64,000 nucleotides of DNA from an uncultured Candidatus Saccharibacteria bacterium. Its GTDB lineage: Bacteria > Patescibacteriota > Minisyncoccia > Minisyncoccales > Staskawiczbacteraceae. The notes beneath the pieces are model-generated. The model did no database searches, had not been told where the DNA came from, and saw nothing but the letters and a program-made list of their open reading frames with translations. The translations under genes were made by a program, and so were the position numbers. This document shows positions 10,569 through 19,574 of this stretch, one piece after another; the stretch's first letter is position 1, and each line of letters begins with the position of its first letter. Where the stretch lies: NCBI GenBank assembly GCA_964424305.1, contig CAYRHW010000004.1:9708-73707 (forward strand). The letters run 5' to 3'.

Positions 10569-11666
10569 CTATAACGTCTCAACCAACGGAGGAAGTGGAT
10601 CAAATGGAATATTATCAAATATTACTTCTGTTGTTGGAAAACCAATAACCGCAAAACTTGAACTTCTGGCATCGCCAGGATTAATTACCCAAACGAGCTC
10701 CCCTTCTTCGAGGAAAGCTGTCCGGGTAAATCCGCACAGGATGAAACCAATCTCGGGATATTTTCGCAGAAGATCTTGAGAAAGAGCAGCTAAGCCGACT
10801 TCTGACTGCTCGGCAATTAGTGCCCCAAAATCCAATTGAACCAATAGTTTATGGCCCTCGATATCCACAACTGGGAATTCTAGGGGGATCCGCATCCAAT
10901 TTGACGGTAAAACACCCTTAAAGGCTTGATCCGCCCGCAAATTGAAATGCACCTGGAACTTCTCAAGCTCTGGCCGACCTATGTCAGATAACTTAATGTT
11001 TCCACAATGGATTAGAGTCTTAGCTCCATAGGCATCGAGGGCCGGAGCCAGCTTCTCCCAGAAATCTGGCCTAACTTCTGAAACATTCAAACTGTCGGAG
11101 ATAACTCCAATTCTGAACTGGTCTCTTGAAGTTTTAACCTTGGGAATGCGACTAAAGGTCACGCAGCTCGTTTCGGGGTTAACAATTGCATATTCATAAC
11201 CATCAAGAGAATTCCAAACTGCGCCAGGATTGACAAAACCCACCTGAATCCCTTGATCACAAATCTGGCGATGGGTATGCCCCGCGAACATCCAACTTAC
11301 TCCATCGTTCGTCGCCCTAATTTGGTTTATTTCATTTACCAATGTTTGTTCAGATCCCATTAGGTAAGTAAAAGACCTTTTATGGCCGACGTATATCTTC
11401 ACGCCACAAAAGACTCTGATTCTATCTCCGGGTCGTGTGAACACCCAGTTGGGTGGCGGACAGTTGAAATCCGGATTCCCGGCTTGCTCCTCAGTAAGTG
11501 CGCAAATAACTGGAAGGTTTAAGAATAACTTTGGATCAAGATGATTTCTGGCCTCGATGTCACCAGTGTGGACAATCCCAGTGACTCCAGCGTCCTTAAA
11601 CCGTTTCATAATATACGGGACAGCTGTGGCGTCCGTATGCGTATCTCCTATAATACCCCATAGCAT
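10569..11666 (-). CDS. two-domain metallophosphoesterase (YfcE-like domain plus degenerate repeat)
   Basis: GDTHTD, HTGDI and GHTH motifs occur in the N-terminal half; the C-terminal half repeats the fold with degraded motifs. Local G+C is elevated: I counted 31/60 at 11221-11280. Confidence 0.7.
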   Translation of the reverse strand: MLWGIIGDTHTDATAVPYIMKRFKDAGVTGIVHTGDIEARNHLDPKLFLNLPVICALTEEQAGNPDFNCPPPNWVFTRPGDRIRVFCGVKIYVGHKRSFTYLMGSEQTLVNEINQIRATNDGVSWMFAGHTHRQICDQGIQVGFVNPGAVWNSLDGYEYAIVNPETSCVTFSRIPKVKTSRDQFRIGVISDSLNVSEVRPDFWEKLAPALDAYGAKTLIHCGNIKLSDIGRPELEKFQVHFNLRADQAFKGVLPSNWMRIPLEFPVVDIEGHKLLVQLDFGALIAEQSEVGLAALSQDLLRKYPEIGFILCGFTRTAFLEEGELVWVINPGDARSSSFAVIGFPTTEVIFDNIPFDPLPPLVETL

Positions 11667-11780
11667 TTTGCACCTCCGTTTCTTTGATCGGGATATAAAA
11701 GAACATATAAATACAACAATTTTACACTACTCCTTCCACTTATAAATGCAAACAAAAACTGCCCTAAGGCAGAGTTCCAT

Positions 11781-12218
11781 TTAAATTAGTTTTCTGTATG
11801 CATTTAACAACTTCTGGCTTGGAGGGAATATTGGGTCGGGTAAGTTGTCTAAATCAAACCACTTCCATCCAACAATTTCTTCTGGCTCCATTACGATCGG
11901 ATCCCCAGTAAAATCCTCACACAAATATCCGATGGTAACGAAGTGCTTGTCGGGCACGATCTCATTGCCAATATTTATAATCTTTAACTTCGTTTTATCG
12001 ATTAGAATCCCCGTTTCTTCTTTTACTTCACGAGAGGCCGCGTCTTCCAACTCCTCGCGAAAGTCCAACTTTCCACCCGGCATCGTCCATGTCCCCTCTC
12101 CATGCAATTCACTGCCTGCTTTTTCTGGGTCAGAATGTCTCCTTCCCAATAAAACCCTGCTATCTTTTAATATCATTATTCCAACACCCACCCTTGGTCT
12201 TTTTATTTCTTCGGACAT
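11781..12218 (-). CDS. NUDIX hydrolase
   Basis: Nudix box GGKLDFREELEDAASREVKEETG. Confidence 0.85.
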   Translation of the reverse strand: MSEEIKRPRVGVGIMILKDSRVLLGRRHSDPEKAGSELHGEGTWTMPGGKLDFREELEDAASREVKEETGILIDKTKLKIINIGNEIVPDKHFVTIGYLCEDFTGDPIVMEPEEIVGWKWFDLDNLPDPIFPPSQKLLNAYRKLI

Positions 12219-12221
12219 ATA

Positions 12222-12737
12222 TTAAACTTTTTTATAATTATGCTGATTCAAAAATGACTCTATATCCTTATATTCTTTTCCGGCCAACATCCCTCCGGCC
12301 GTTGTTTCTTCTTGCGTTACGTCTAATAGACAGAAGTCGGGCATTTGAAACTTATTCTTATCCTCAATATTAGTAAATTCAAAATCTACTACAACAAGCC
12401 CCTCCAGCCCATCTAAATACACATCTATTTCTGCGGTTTTTCCCTCAAATGGATAATAGTGTCGTATCTTCCTAAACCTCCTACCCTTTAATGTGGATAA
12501 GGCTTCCCACTCCTCCTTCGATAGAGGAATGGTCTGTTCTTGCATCTCTGAAGAGTCTGTCCCAGATATTATTGTTTTCTTAGTAATGAAATACTTGTCT
12601 CCTGCCTTACGGATTCTCAATACTGCATGAGGAGATGAATCTGGAATATATATATCAATTATCTCCTTTGACTCACTCTCTTCCAAACCCTTTGGTTTAT
12701 ATTTTAATAAAAAGGTTCTTTCTAACTCTATTTCCAT
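12222..12737 (-). CDS. CYTH-domain triphosphatase/CyaB-like protein
   Basis: The N-terminal EIELERTFLL matches the CYTH ExExK signature region. Confidence 0.65.
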   Translation of the reverse strand: MEIELERTFLLKYKPKGLEESESKEIIDIYIPDSSPHAVLRIRKAGDKYFITKKTIISGTDSSEMQEQTIPLSKEEWEALSTLKGRRFRKIRHYYPFEGKTAEIDVYLDGLEGLVVVDFEFTNIEDKNKFQMPDFCLLDVTQEETTAGGMLAGKEYKDIESFLNQHNYKKV

Positions 12738-12757
12738 ATATTATTCTCTCTTTAGCG

Positions 12758-12982
12758 TTAATTATATTTCACATCAAACACCTTTGTTCTACTCGAGAAA
12801 CCAGAGACCAAAGAAATATCTGTCCACCTTATACCCAAATGCCTAATCAGAGCTTTCATAATTGCCATATTAGCTTTCCCATCTTGAGGGGGCTCCTTAA
12901 CCCAAACCTTAAAATGATCCCTGTCTATCATTTCCACCTTCTCTTCTCTAGATTTTGGCTTGGCTTCCACAAAAATTTTCAT
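12758..12982 (-). CDS. DUF167 (YggU-like) small protein
   Basis: The DGKANMAIMKALIRHLG block is typical of DUF167. Confidence 0.6.
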   Translation of the reverse strand: MKIFVEAKPKSREEKVEMIDRDHFKVWVKEPPQDGKANMAIMKALIRHLGIRWTDISLVSGFSSRTKVFDVKYN

Positions 12983-12996
12983 TATCCTAATTAAAC

Positions 12997-13671
12997 TTAA
13001 TCAATAATACTTTTAGGCTTTGTGCTTTTAATATACTTTTTCACCGAATAAATTACCGTTCCAACAATTATCAACACAACCATTATTAGCATCCCCCCAA
13101 ATATGACAAACGGAGTTTTGAAAAACTCGACAATCGGAGTATTGAAGAAATTTAACTTCAGCCAAGGGATTGTGTAGTAAACTTTGAGCGTTTCAATAAG
13201 CGTAAACTTTTCAACTTTACCAACAGCCAAAACATATTTCCCCATATCCTCATTTCCAGAAACCATTATCCTGTAGCTACCCGCTCCTACCTGCTTTTCG
13301 AATTCTGGGCCTTTCAAGTAATAATCCCTGCCAAACTCTTCCCACATTTCTTCCCACTTGATTGAGGCTGCATCAATAAAAGCGATTAACTCTTCGCTAC
13401 CATCCTTCGTTTGGAAAACATTAACAGAATATCTTCCGCTTCGGTTGGCTAACTCCGGCACCAATATATTTAGATAAAGATTAAAATCTTTGTCAGAGTT
13501 GATAATATATTCTGCCGCCTTCCCATTAAGCTCTCCATAAAAAGCTTGCGACGTTTCCGGATCGGAAATAACCGTGCTGTCTTGATTCACTATTCTTGGA
13601 AGATGGGCTGACGCGGTAAGGGGCATCGCAAAAAATATTAATAAACCTAGAAACAATAATATTTTTTTCAT
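12997..13671 (-). CDS. secreted protein with C-terminal TM anchor, unknown function
   Basis: Has a signal peptide (MKKILLFLGLLIFFAMPLTASA) and a C-terminal hydrophobic helix. Confidence 0.5.
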   Translation of the reverse strand: MKKILLFLGLLIFFAMPLTASAHLPRIVNQDSTVISDPETSQAFYGELNGKAAEYIINSDKDFNLYLNILVPELANRSGRYSVNVFQTKDGSEELIAFIDAASIKWEEMWEEFGRDYYLKGPEFEKQVGAGSYRIMVSGNEDMGKYVLAVGKVEKFTLIETLKVYYTIPWLKLNFFNTPIVEFFKTPFVIFGGMLIMVVLIIVGTVIYSVKKYIKSTKPKSIID

Positions 13672-13674
13672 ATA

Positions 13675-13887
13675 TTAATTTTTATCTTTCTCCGTTTGTC
13701 CAAAATTATTTTTCTTTCTAAATTTTCCGATAAGAAAAAACACTAAATCCACCACTCCAATCGCAACCAAGACCCCCGCTGCCAATCTGACAAAAACAGC
13801 GACGAAAGTAACTAGCCATGTCACAATCCATAAACCTATCCCCCCAACAATTAGATATTCCCATGTTGCAAATTTTCTTATTTCCAT
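13675..13887 (-). CDS. small two-TM membrane protein
   Basis: 70-aa hydrophobic ORF packed tightly between its neighbours. Confidence 0.4.
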   Translation of the reverse strand: MEIRKFATWEYLIVGGIGLWIVTWLVTFVAVFVRLAAGVLVAIGVVDLVFFLIGKFRKKNNFGQTEKDKN

Positions 13888-13891
13888 ATGT

Positions 13892-14326
13892 TCAACTGTT
13901 AGTTTTATTAAACCAATCTTCTTCCTCCGAGATTCTTGTTGGAAAAAAATCTAACTGACTTTCCGGAATATTTAATTTGCTTCCATAAATTTTTGCTTCC
14001 ATCCATGTCAACTTATTATTTGGATCCAATGTGAAATAATTATTTTTAAAAACAACGATCAATGTTTTCCCTTCGTCGAAAACATGAAAATAAAAAGGCT
14101 TATCAGAAACCATTGAATATTGAATCTCCGTAATTGCGTCATCAACCGAACCCAAAAGATTAACAATGTGTAATCGCCAATTAATTGGCTCTGGTAAAAA
14201 TTTGGTTCGCAAAATTCTATGTTTGTTTAATATTTCCTTGTTCGCCAAACTTTCTTCTACAATTAATGCATGCATATTATTTTCCTTTTTTACCACTAAC
14301 ATTTTTATGCTCAAGCCTCGCTGCAT
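13892..14326 (-). CDS. hypothetical protein (true start may be an internal Met at 14302 or 14275)
   Basis: ORF only; no recognised motif. Confidence 0.4.
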   Translation of the reverse strand: MQRGLSIKMLVVKKENNMHALIVEESLANKEILNKHRILRTKFLPEPINWRLHIVNLLGSVDDAITEIQYSMVSDKPFYFHVFDEGKTLIVVFKNNYFTLDPNNKLTWMEAKIYGSKLNIPESQLDFFPTRISEEEDWFNKTNS

Positions 14327-14494
14327 TCCCCCAGAACCGATTCACTGTTTTTGGCTTTGGAGCCTTCCAAATATTTTTATTCTTTTTATTTAAATTAGAA
14401 AAGCTATTTTTCATATTTTTGTTTATTATTACCTTAATTCTACGCGATAAATGGCTTCTTGCAAGATTAAATATTTTCTGTGGATAAACTGCCA

Positions 14495-14523
14495 TTGACC
14501 ACTTGTCTTTAAATTACTACAAT
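14495..14523 (+). promoter_or_regulatory. sigma70-like promoter TTGACC-17nt-TACAAT
   Basis: The -35 TTGACC is at 14495-14500, followed by a 17-nt spacer and the -10 TACAAT at 14518-14523. Confidence 0.6.
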
Positions 14524-14529
14524 TGAATC

Positions 14530-14857
14530 AGGATAGAGTTCCTCTTTTCTATCCAACCAATTCAGCAGGGAAGCTCATTAAAATCACAACAAGTTATTTC
14601 TAGATAACTAGTTCACGACTCAATAACACACGCCAAACAAATTGCGATAACGCAATCCTACAAACGGACTCTTACGTCCAGAGGCGAACACGCCAACAAT
14701 ATACGAGACACTGCGAGTAATCGCAACAATAAGCTGCCTAAGCTCGAGAAATAAATAATTAAAAAACCAGCTTAAACACAAGTCGCAAACTCATCAGTCA
14801 TCTAGAAAAAACACACGAGGCCCCAAGGACTTACAACAAGAAGTTCCGGGGCTTTTT
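14530..14857 (+). ncRNA. candidate ~330-nt A/C-rich small RNA (unassigned family)
   Basis: Bounded by the promoter above and the plus-strand terminator at 14820-14857. I found no ATG on the plus strand between about 14530 and 14820. It has repeated CAACAA-type motifs and short hairpins. Confidence 0.5.
14820..14857 (+). terminator. intrinsic terminator of the candidate sRNA
   Basis: GCCCCaaGGA...UCCGGGGC stem followed by UUUUUU. Confidence 0.6.
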
Positions 14858-14863
14858 TCGTAC

Positions 14864-14886
14864 AAAAAAACCCGCGTAACGCGGGT
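14864..14886 (-). terminator. intrinsic terminator downstream of galU
   Basis: Minus strand reads ACCCGCGuuaCGCGGGU followed by UUUUUUU. Confidence 0.75.
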
Positions 14887-14902
14887 CGGAAGCACAATAA
14901 AA

Positions 14903-15781
14903 TTAATAAATTTCCTTTAAATACTTTTTCAGCATTGATCCATAGCGTGGATCCTTCATCGCAAAATACATAAAAGATTTTAACCATTTTTCTTTATCAC
15001 CACACTCCAACCACTCACCCTTAAATTCATAACCATAAAGTACCTTACCATCATCCAACATTGTTCTAAAAACTTCTGCTAAGATTACTTCCCCCTTTTT
15101 AGATGGTTTCGCCTTTTTTATATATTCAAAAACTTCTGGTGTTAAAATATATTTTCCAACAACCACCAAATCAGACAAAGCCTCTTCGATGGTTGGCTTT
15201 TCAATTATGTTTTTTACTTTATATAATCGGTTGGCTATTTTTTCATTCCCAACGACGCCATAGGCTGACAATTTTTCTTTCGGTAATTTTTTAAGTGCCA
15301 TAACGGGAGACCCACAAGTTTTATATATTTCCATTAATTGAGACAAAGCCGGTGTCTCGCTGTCAACAATATCATCGGCAAATAAAACACCGACTGGCTC
15401 GTCCCCAACAAATTTTGCCGCCTGAAGAAGGGCGTGCCCATCCCCCATTGGTTTTTTCTGGACAACGAAATGCACGGTTATATCATTAAAAATTGCTTCG
15501 AAATCTTTAAGTTCTTTTAATAGATTCTCTTTATTTCTTTTCGACAAAATCGTTTCTAGTTTTTCTGACTTTTTGAAATAACTCAAAATCATTTTTTGAG
15601 CTGGACTAATTACAAAAATAACTTCCGTGATTCCGGAATCTTTGGCTTCTTGGATAATATATTGAATAACTGGCTTATCCACTATTGGGAAAAATTCTTT
15701 GGATAGAACCTTAGACAAAGGTAAAAACCTAGTGCCCAATCCCGCCACCGGGATGATAACTTTTTTTATTTCATTACTCAT
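14903..15781 (-). CDS. galU: UTP--glucose-1-phosphate uridylyltransferase
   Basis: KKVIIPVAGLGTRFLPLSK motif. Confidence 0.9.
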   Translation of the reverse strand: MSNEIKKVIIPVAGLGTRFLPLSKVLSKEFFPIVDKPVIQYIIQEAKDSGITEVIFVISPAQKMILSYFKKSEKLETILSKRNKENLLKELKDFEAIFNDITVHFVVQKKPMGDGHALLQAAKFVGDEPVGVLFADDIVDSETPALSQLMEIYKTCGSPVMALKKLPKEKLSAYGVVGNEKIANRLYKVKNIIEKPTIEEALSDLVVVGKYILTPEVFEYIKKAKPSKKGEVILAEVFRTMLDDGKVLYGYEFKGEWLECGDKEKWLKSFMYFAMKDPRYGSMLKKYLKEIY

Positions 15782-15789
15782 TTTTTTAT

Positions 15790-17280
15790 TTATGCTTTAT
15801 ATCTCGTTCTTCTAAGAAATGCTGGAATTTCCCACTCTGCCTCCTGACTTAATTTCTTCCCCTCCTCCGCTTCCTGGACTTTTTTAACTTCCAACGCGCT
15901 CCGCCTAATCATTTCTTTTTTCCCTTCGGGCTTATTGGTCAACATAGAAACTCCGATTGGGACCGAGGTCTTAATAATCGGCATATTGAAGTTCTTCTTA
16001 ACTACTTTTCTTTTTTTCACTATTTTTATTATTTTTTTATCCACCTTCTCCTCTTTCTCCTTAACCTCCGCTACAATTTCCCTAATCTTCACCGGCTGAA
16101 TTTGAGGTTCGGGATCAAACGATGGACCAGTTATTAAAAGTGTTATTTTTATTCTATTATTCGCCTTTGGATTTTTAGAGATTCCAAAGATAATTTTTGC
16201 CTTAGGATTTAAAGCTGAAATGCTTTTACTAATTTTATCTACTTCCACCATACTTAGGTTGTTACTTCCGGCAATGTTGAATAAAATCTTTTCTGCCTTT
16301 ATGTTGTTGTTATATAGCGGGTTATCAAAGATTTTATTAATCACCTCTTCTGCCCTATTCTTGCCAGTGGCTTCCGCGGTATTTAGAAATGCCATCATTC
16401 CCCTCCCCCTCAATATCGCCCGAACATCCGCAAAATCAATATTAATTACTCCTGGATTATGAATCAAATCTATCAAACTCTCTAAAGATCCGATAAGATT
16501 TTTGTTAACCAAAGAAAATGCATCGGTAATGGATGTTTTTTCGTCAACAATTTTGAATATCTTCTCATTGGCGATGGTGATTAAAGCATTTAAAGATTTC
16601 CTCGTCTCCTCCACCGCCTTATTGCTAATTTTAAGCTTCTTCTTGCCCTCAAATTTAAACGGTAGAGTAAAAATCCCAAAAGTGACATTCCCCATTTTCT
16701 GTGACAGCTCAGCAAATACTGACGTGGCGCCAGAGCCCAGTCCCCCACCCAATGAGGAAACTAATATGATAATATCCTGACCTTCTAAAAGTTTGGAAAT
16801 TCTGTCCTTTTCCTTTTCAGCAGCTTCTCTGGCTAGGTCGGGATTCATGCCCGTGCCTAGCCCATGAGTAACCTCTTCTCCGAAATAGAAATACTTTATC
16901 CCAGCCCTCTTCTTTATTGCCCTAAGGTCGGTGTCAGCAATTATAAAACTGGCTTTCTCTAGAGATCTGCCGATTTCGGAAACAATCGATCCCCCACCCC
17001 CCCCTATTCCAATAACCCTAATTTTCGGCCTGAAAATCGAGTTCACGGACAAATCGAAGTTTTGCACTGGCGCACTAATTTTCTTAGCCCTTTTTACCTT
17101 TTTAACTTTGTGAATTTTCCTTACAATTCCTTTCTTCTTTCGTATAGTCTTCTTTTTCCTTTTAACCGCTAAAATCAGAGGCTTTTTGGCAACCTTTTTC
17201 CTTCGAGATGGTTTCGCCCTCACAATTCTCTTTTTGTGAAGCTTGACCTTCTTAGGTCTTTTTTGTATCTTCTTTTTCAT
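15790..17280 (-). CDS. ftsZ: cell division protein FtsZ with ~85-aa Lys/Arg-rich N-terminal extension
   Basis: GIGGGGGSIV and GGGLGSGAT tubulin signatures, plus the C-terminal EIPAFLRR peptide. Confidence 0.9.
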   Translation of the reverse strand: MKKKIQKRPKKVKLHKKRIVRAKPSRRKKVAKKPLILAVKRKKKTIRKKKGIVRKIHKVKKVKRAKKISAPVQNFDLSVNSIFRPKIRVIGIGGGGGSIVSEIGRSLEKASFIIADTDLRAIKKRAGIKYFYFGEEVTHGLGTGMNPDLAREAAEKEKDRISKLLEGQDIIILVSSLGGGLGSGATSVFAELSQKMGNVTFGIFTLPFKFEGKKKLKISNKAVEETRKSLNALITIANEKIFKIVDEKTSITDAFSLVNKNLIGSLESLIDLIHNPGVINIDFADVRAILRGRGMMAFLNTAEATGKNRAEEVINKIFDNPLYNNNIKAEKILFNIAGSNNLSMVEVDKISKSISALNPKAKIIFGISKNPKANNRIKITLLITGPSFDPEPQIQPVKIREIVAEVKEKEEKVDKKIIKIVKKRKVVKKNFNMPIIKTSVPIGVSMLTNKPEGKKEMIRRSALEVKKVQEAEEGKKLSQEAEWEIPAFLRRTRYKA

Positions 17281-17393
17281 TTTCTTAATACTTCAGTCTA
17301 CCTCCATACTAGAAAAAATCAAGGTGGTTTTACTTTTCCCCACATCTGTATTATACTCTTAGGAGCTTCCCACTATATGGAAAGGGCTTGAAA

Positions 17394-18017
17394 ATGGCTG
17401 AACAGAAGAGAAGCTGGTTCTTTCAAAACCTAGCAAATTTTGTTACTGTTCTCGGAATAATCACCTCTCTCTGGTTTTTAATCCTAGGAATAAGTTACCC
17501 CGACATGCTTTGGTTGGTATTGGTTCTTGGCATCGTGACTGGCCTAAGCGATTTTGTCGACGGCAAGCTTGCCCGTTATTTAAACATCCGAACGGCATTC
17601 GGCGTCACGATGGATAGACTGCGAGATAAGATCTTTGTTTGCTCGGCATTTGCCCTACTTTTTTGGCAATACTGGCCTGAGGATCAAAACTTCATCATTA
17701 CTACATTCACTGAAACTCTTGTTATTCTAATGATCCTTCTTGAGGCTTTGATCCTGGTAACTATGATTTATGGACTCTGGAAGAAAATAGATGTCAGCGC
17801 CGGCCAAAACGGAAAGATAAAGATGTTTGGGGAGTTCTTCGCGATAGCGTTTTGGCTAATTTCAATCACCATCGATAAGTACTGCTCTACCACATCAATC
17901 AATTACATAATATATCTTGTGGACGCCATACTCCTAGGCTCTGTCTACTTTGCGATCAAGGGCTTAATAATCTACTGCCAAAAATACACCGAGACTCAAC
18001 AAAATATTAAAAAGTAA
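17394..18017 (+). CDS. CDP-alcohol phosphatidyltransferase
   Basis: DFVDGKLAR...G...D..RD matches the D(x2)DG(x2)AR...G(x3)D(x3)D motif. The ATG at 17394 lies just inside the listed TTG start. Confidence 0.8.
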   Translation: MAEQKRSWFFQNLANFVTVLGIITSLWFLILGISYPDMLWLVLVLGIVTGLSDFVDGKLARYLNIRTAFGVTMDRLRDKIFVCSAFALLFWQYWPEDQNFIITTFTETLVILMILLEALILVTMIYGLWKKIDVSAGQNGKIKMFGEFFAIAFWLISITIDKYCSTTSINYIIYLVDAILLGSVYFAIKGLIIYCQKYTETQQNIKK

Positions 18018-18050
18018 AAAAACGCCGCCGGACGCATCCAGCGGTTTTTT
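18016..18050. terminator. bidirectional hairpin between convergent genes
   Basis: A-tract, then a stem at 18025-18044 with a CGCA loop, then a T-tract. Confidence 0.5.
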
Positions 18051-18065
18051 CTTGTAATAATGTCT

Positions 18066-18791
18066 CTACTTTTTCCCCACAAGCAGAGACCAGTTTGCCT
18101 TTGGCTTAACCCTGACAGACCCTTGTCTGCAAAGATCACACTGATCTTGAGGAACTGACCAGATCTCTTTTTCCACCAAAGCCACGATGCGCATATTCCA
18201 GCAATCAATCGGAAGTTTTGGCGGACGATGGACCAGGGCACCAACAATTGGTAAAAAGCTGACAGGATTTGGATTTGAGGTCTGGATAGCAACGGTTGTT
18301 TCGTTGGTGCTTCCAGTGGTAGTGATAAGCTCTTCAACCCGAAGAACTCTCGTTCCTGCGGGGAACTCTTCTTTCCAAACCATTTTCTTTCCCTTGGGAT
18401 CATTGGGATCTTTCTCGGGAATTCCATGTAACACCGCAAAATATTTAGCCACCTCATAGGAGAGCGTGATTGACGAATAGGGGGATCCGACAACGGCGTC
18501 GAATTTCCCGCTAAAAGAGTCTCCCAAAGCCCTGGCTATTTTCATGCAAAGTTGATGGGCAAGAATCTCAGTAACATTCGGAAGGCACAAAAGTTTACGG
18601 CAGTAAAAGAATCCATTGCTGCAGGCCCCAGAAGACAACTCGGCATGTGCCATTCCGGGATCACCGTTATGTAACCATCCGGCCCCAGCGACAGAAAGCA
18701 TTTCAAGTATCTCTTCTTGTGACAAAACAAAGCGTCTGAAATTAGTCGGATTCATACTCCGAAGGTCATCAAGTGTTTTAAACCTCATCAT
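18066..18791 (-). CDS. phosphoribosyltransferase, PyrE-like (orotate PRTase-related)
   Basis: PRPP-binding motif VLRVEELITTTGST. The start overlaps the pyrF stop (TAATG). C-terminal CxxC. Confidence 0.55.
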   Translation of the reverse strand: MMRFKTLDDLRSMNPTNFRRFVLSQEEILEMLSVAGAGWLHNGDPGMAHAELSSGACSNGFFYCRKLLCLPNVTEILAHQLCMKIARALGDSFSGKFDAVVGSPYSSITLSYEVAKYFAVLHGIPEKDPNDPKGKKMVWKEEFPAGTRVLRVEELITTTGSTNETTVAIQTSNPNPVSFLPIVGALVHRPPKLPIDCWNMRIVALVEKEIWSVPQDQCDLCRQGSVRVKPKANWSLLVGKK

Positions 18792-19555
18792 TATTTCCTC
18801 GCCGATAAAGCGGCTTCAATTTCTTCGGCAATCGACTCAGCCGCATTAACCGGAGAACCGATTTCCGCGGGAGGACTCGTGATTGGCCGACCGATAACCA
18901 AATAGTCAGCGCCTGCTCCAATGGCGCCACCCGGCGTTTCGGTGCGAGCTTGGTCACCCTTCACTGCCCAAGCAGGACGAATTCCAGGGACGACCAATAA
19001 AAGATTCTTGAGCTCTTGGCGTGCCCGAATCAAAGGAACTTCCAAAGGAGAACAAACCAACCCATCAAGTCCCGCCAGCACGGCATTACGCCCAAACTGT
19101 AGCACCGCGGCTCCAGGATGGTTCCCGTAGATAAGCTGAGAAATGTTCTCACCCAACGAAGTCAAAACAGTAACAGCCAAAACCTTGCTGTTCCCTTTCT
19201 TCGAAACTGCATCGATCATTGCATCGATATCAGCCGAGGCATGAAGATTGAACATAACCGGCTCGAGCTTCGCGACCTCAGCTGCAGAACCCTTCATGGT
19301 ATTGGGAATATCATGAAGCTTTCCATCGAAGAACAATTTACCCTTCAAAAGAGAAAAAAGATTCCTTGCGATTCTCAGGTTGCCTTGAGCAACTTGTTCG
19401 TCTGGGCAAGCAACCAATCCAGCAAAGATTGCGTAGATCAGTTGCAGTCCAATTTTGAAAAGCCCGACATGGGGCGCTAATTGCTCAACAACGCTTATTG
19501 CCTTTTCGGGATTGTCATAATCCAAGGCAACAATAATCCTGTCACTTGCCTTCAT
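18791..19555 (-). CDS. pyrF: orotidine-5'-phosphate decarboxylase
   Basis: DRIIVALD...GLFKIG motifs. The likely start is Met18 of the listed ORF (19555), preceded by GGAGA. Confidence 0.8.
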   Translation of the reverse strand: MKASDRIIVALDYDNPEKAISVVEQLAPHVGLFKIGLQLIYAIFAGLVACPDEQVAQGNLRIARNLFSLLKGKLFFDGKLHDIPNTMKGSAAEVAKLEPVMFNLHASADIDAMIDAVSKKGNSKVLAVTVLTSLGENISQLIYGNHPGAAVLQFGRNAVLAGLDGLVCSPLEVPLIRARQELKNLLLVVPGIRPAWAVKGDQARTETPGGAIGAGADYLVIGRPITSPPAEIGSPVNAAESIAEEIEAALSARK

Positions 19556-19574
19556 GCGCTTTCTCCTTCCAGGG

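Noticed and set aside
14277-14987. Basic 72-aa ORF 14277-14495(-) and 61-aa ORF 14802-14987(-)
   Set aside because: The first overlaps the 5' end of the 13892-14326 ORF and has no recognisable family. I kept it only as a possible alternative annotation. The second runs through two terminator hairpins and the galU 3' end.
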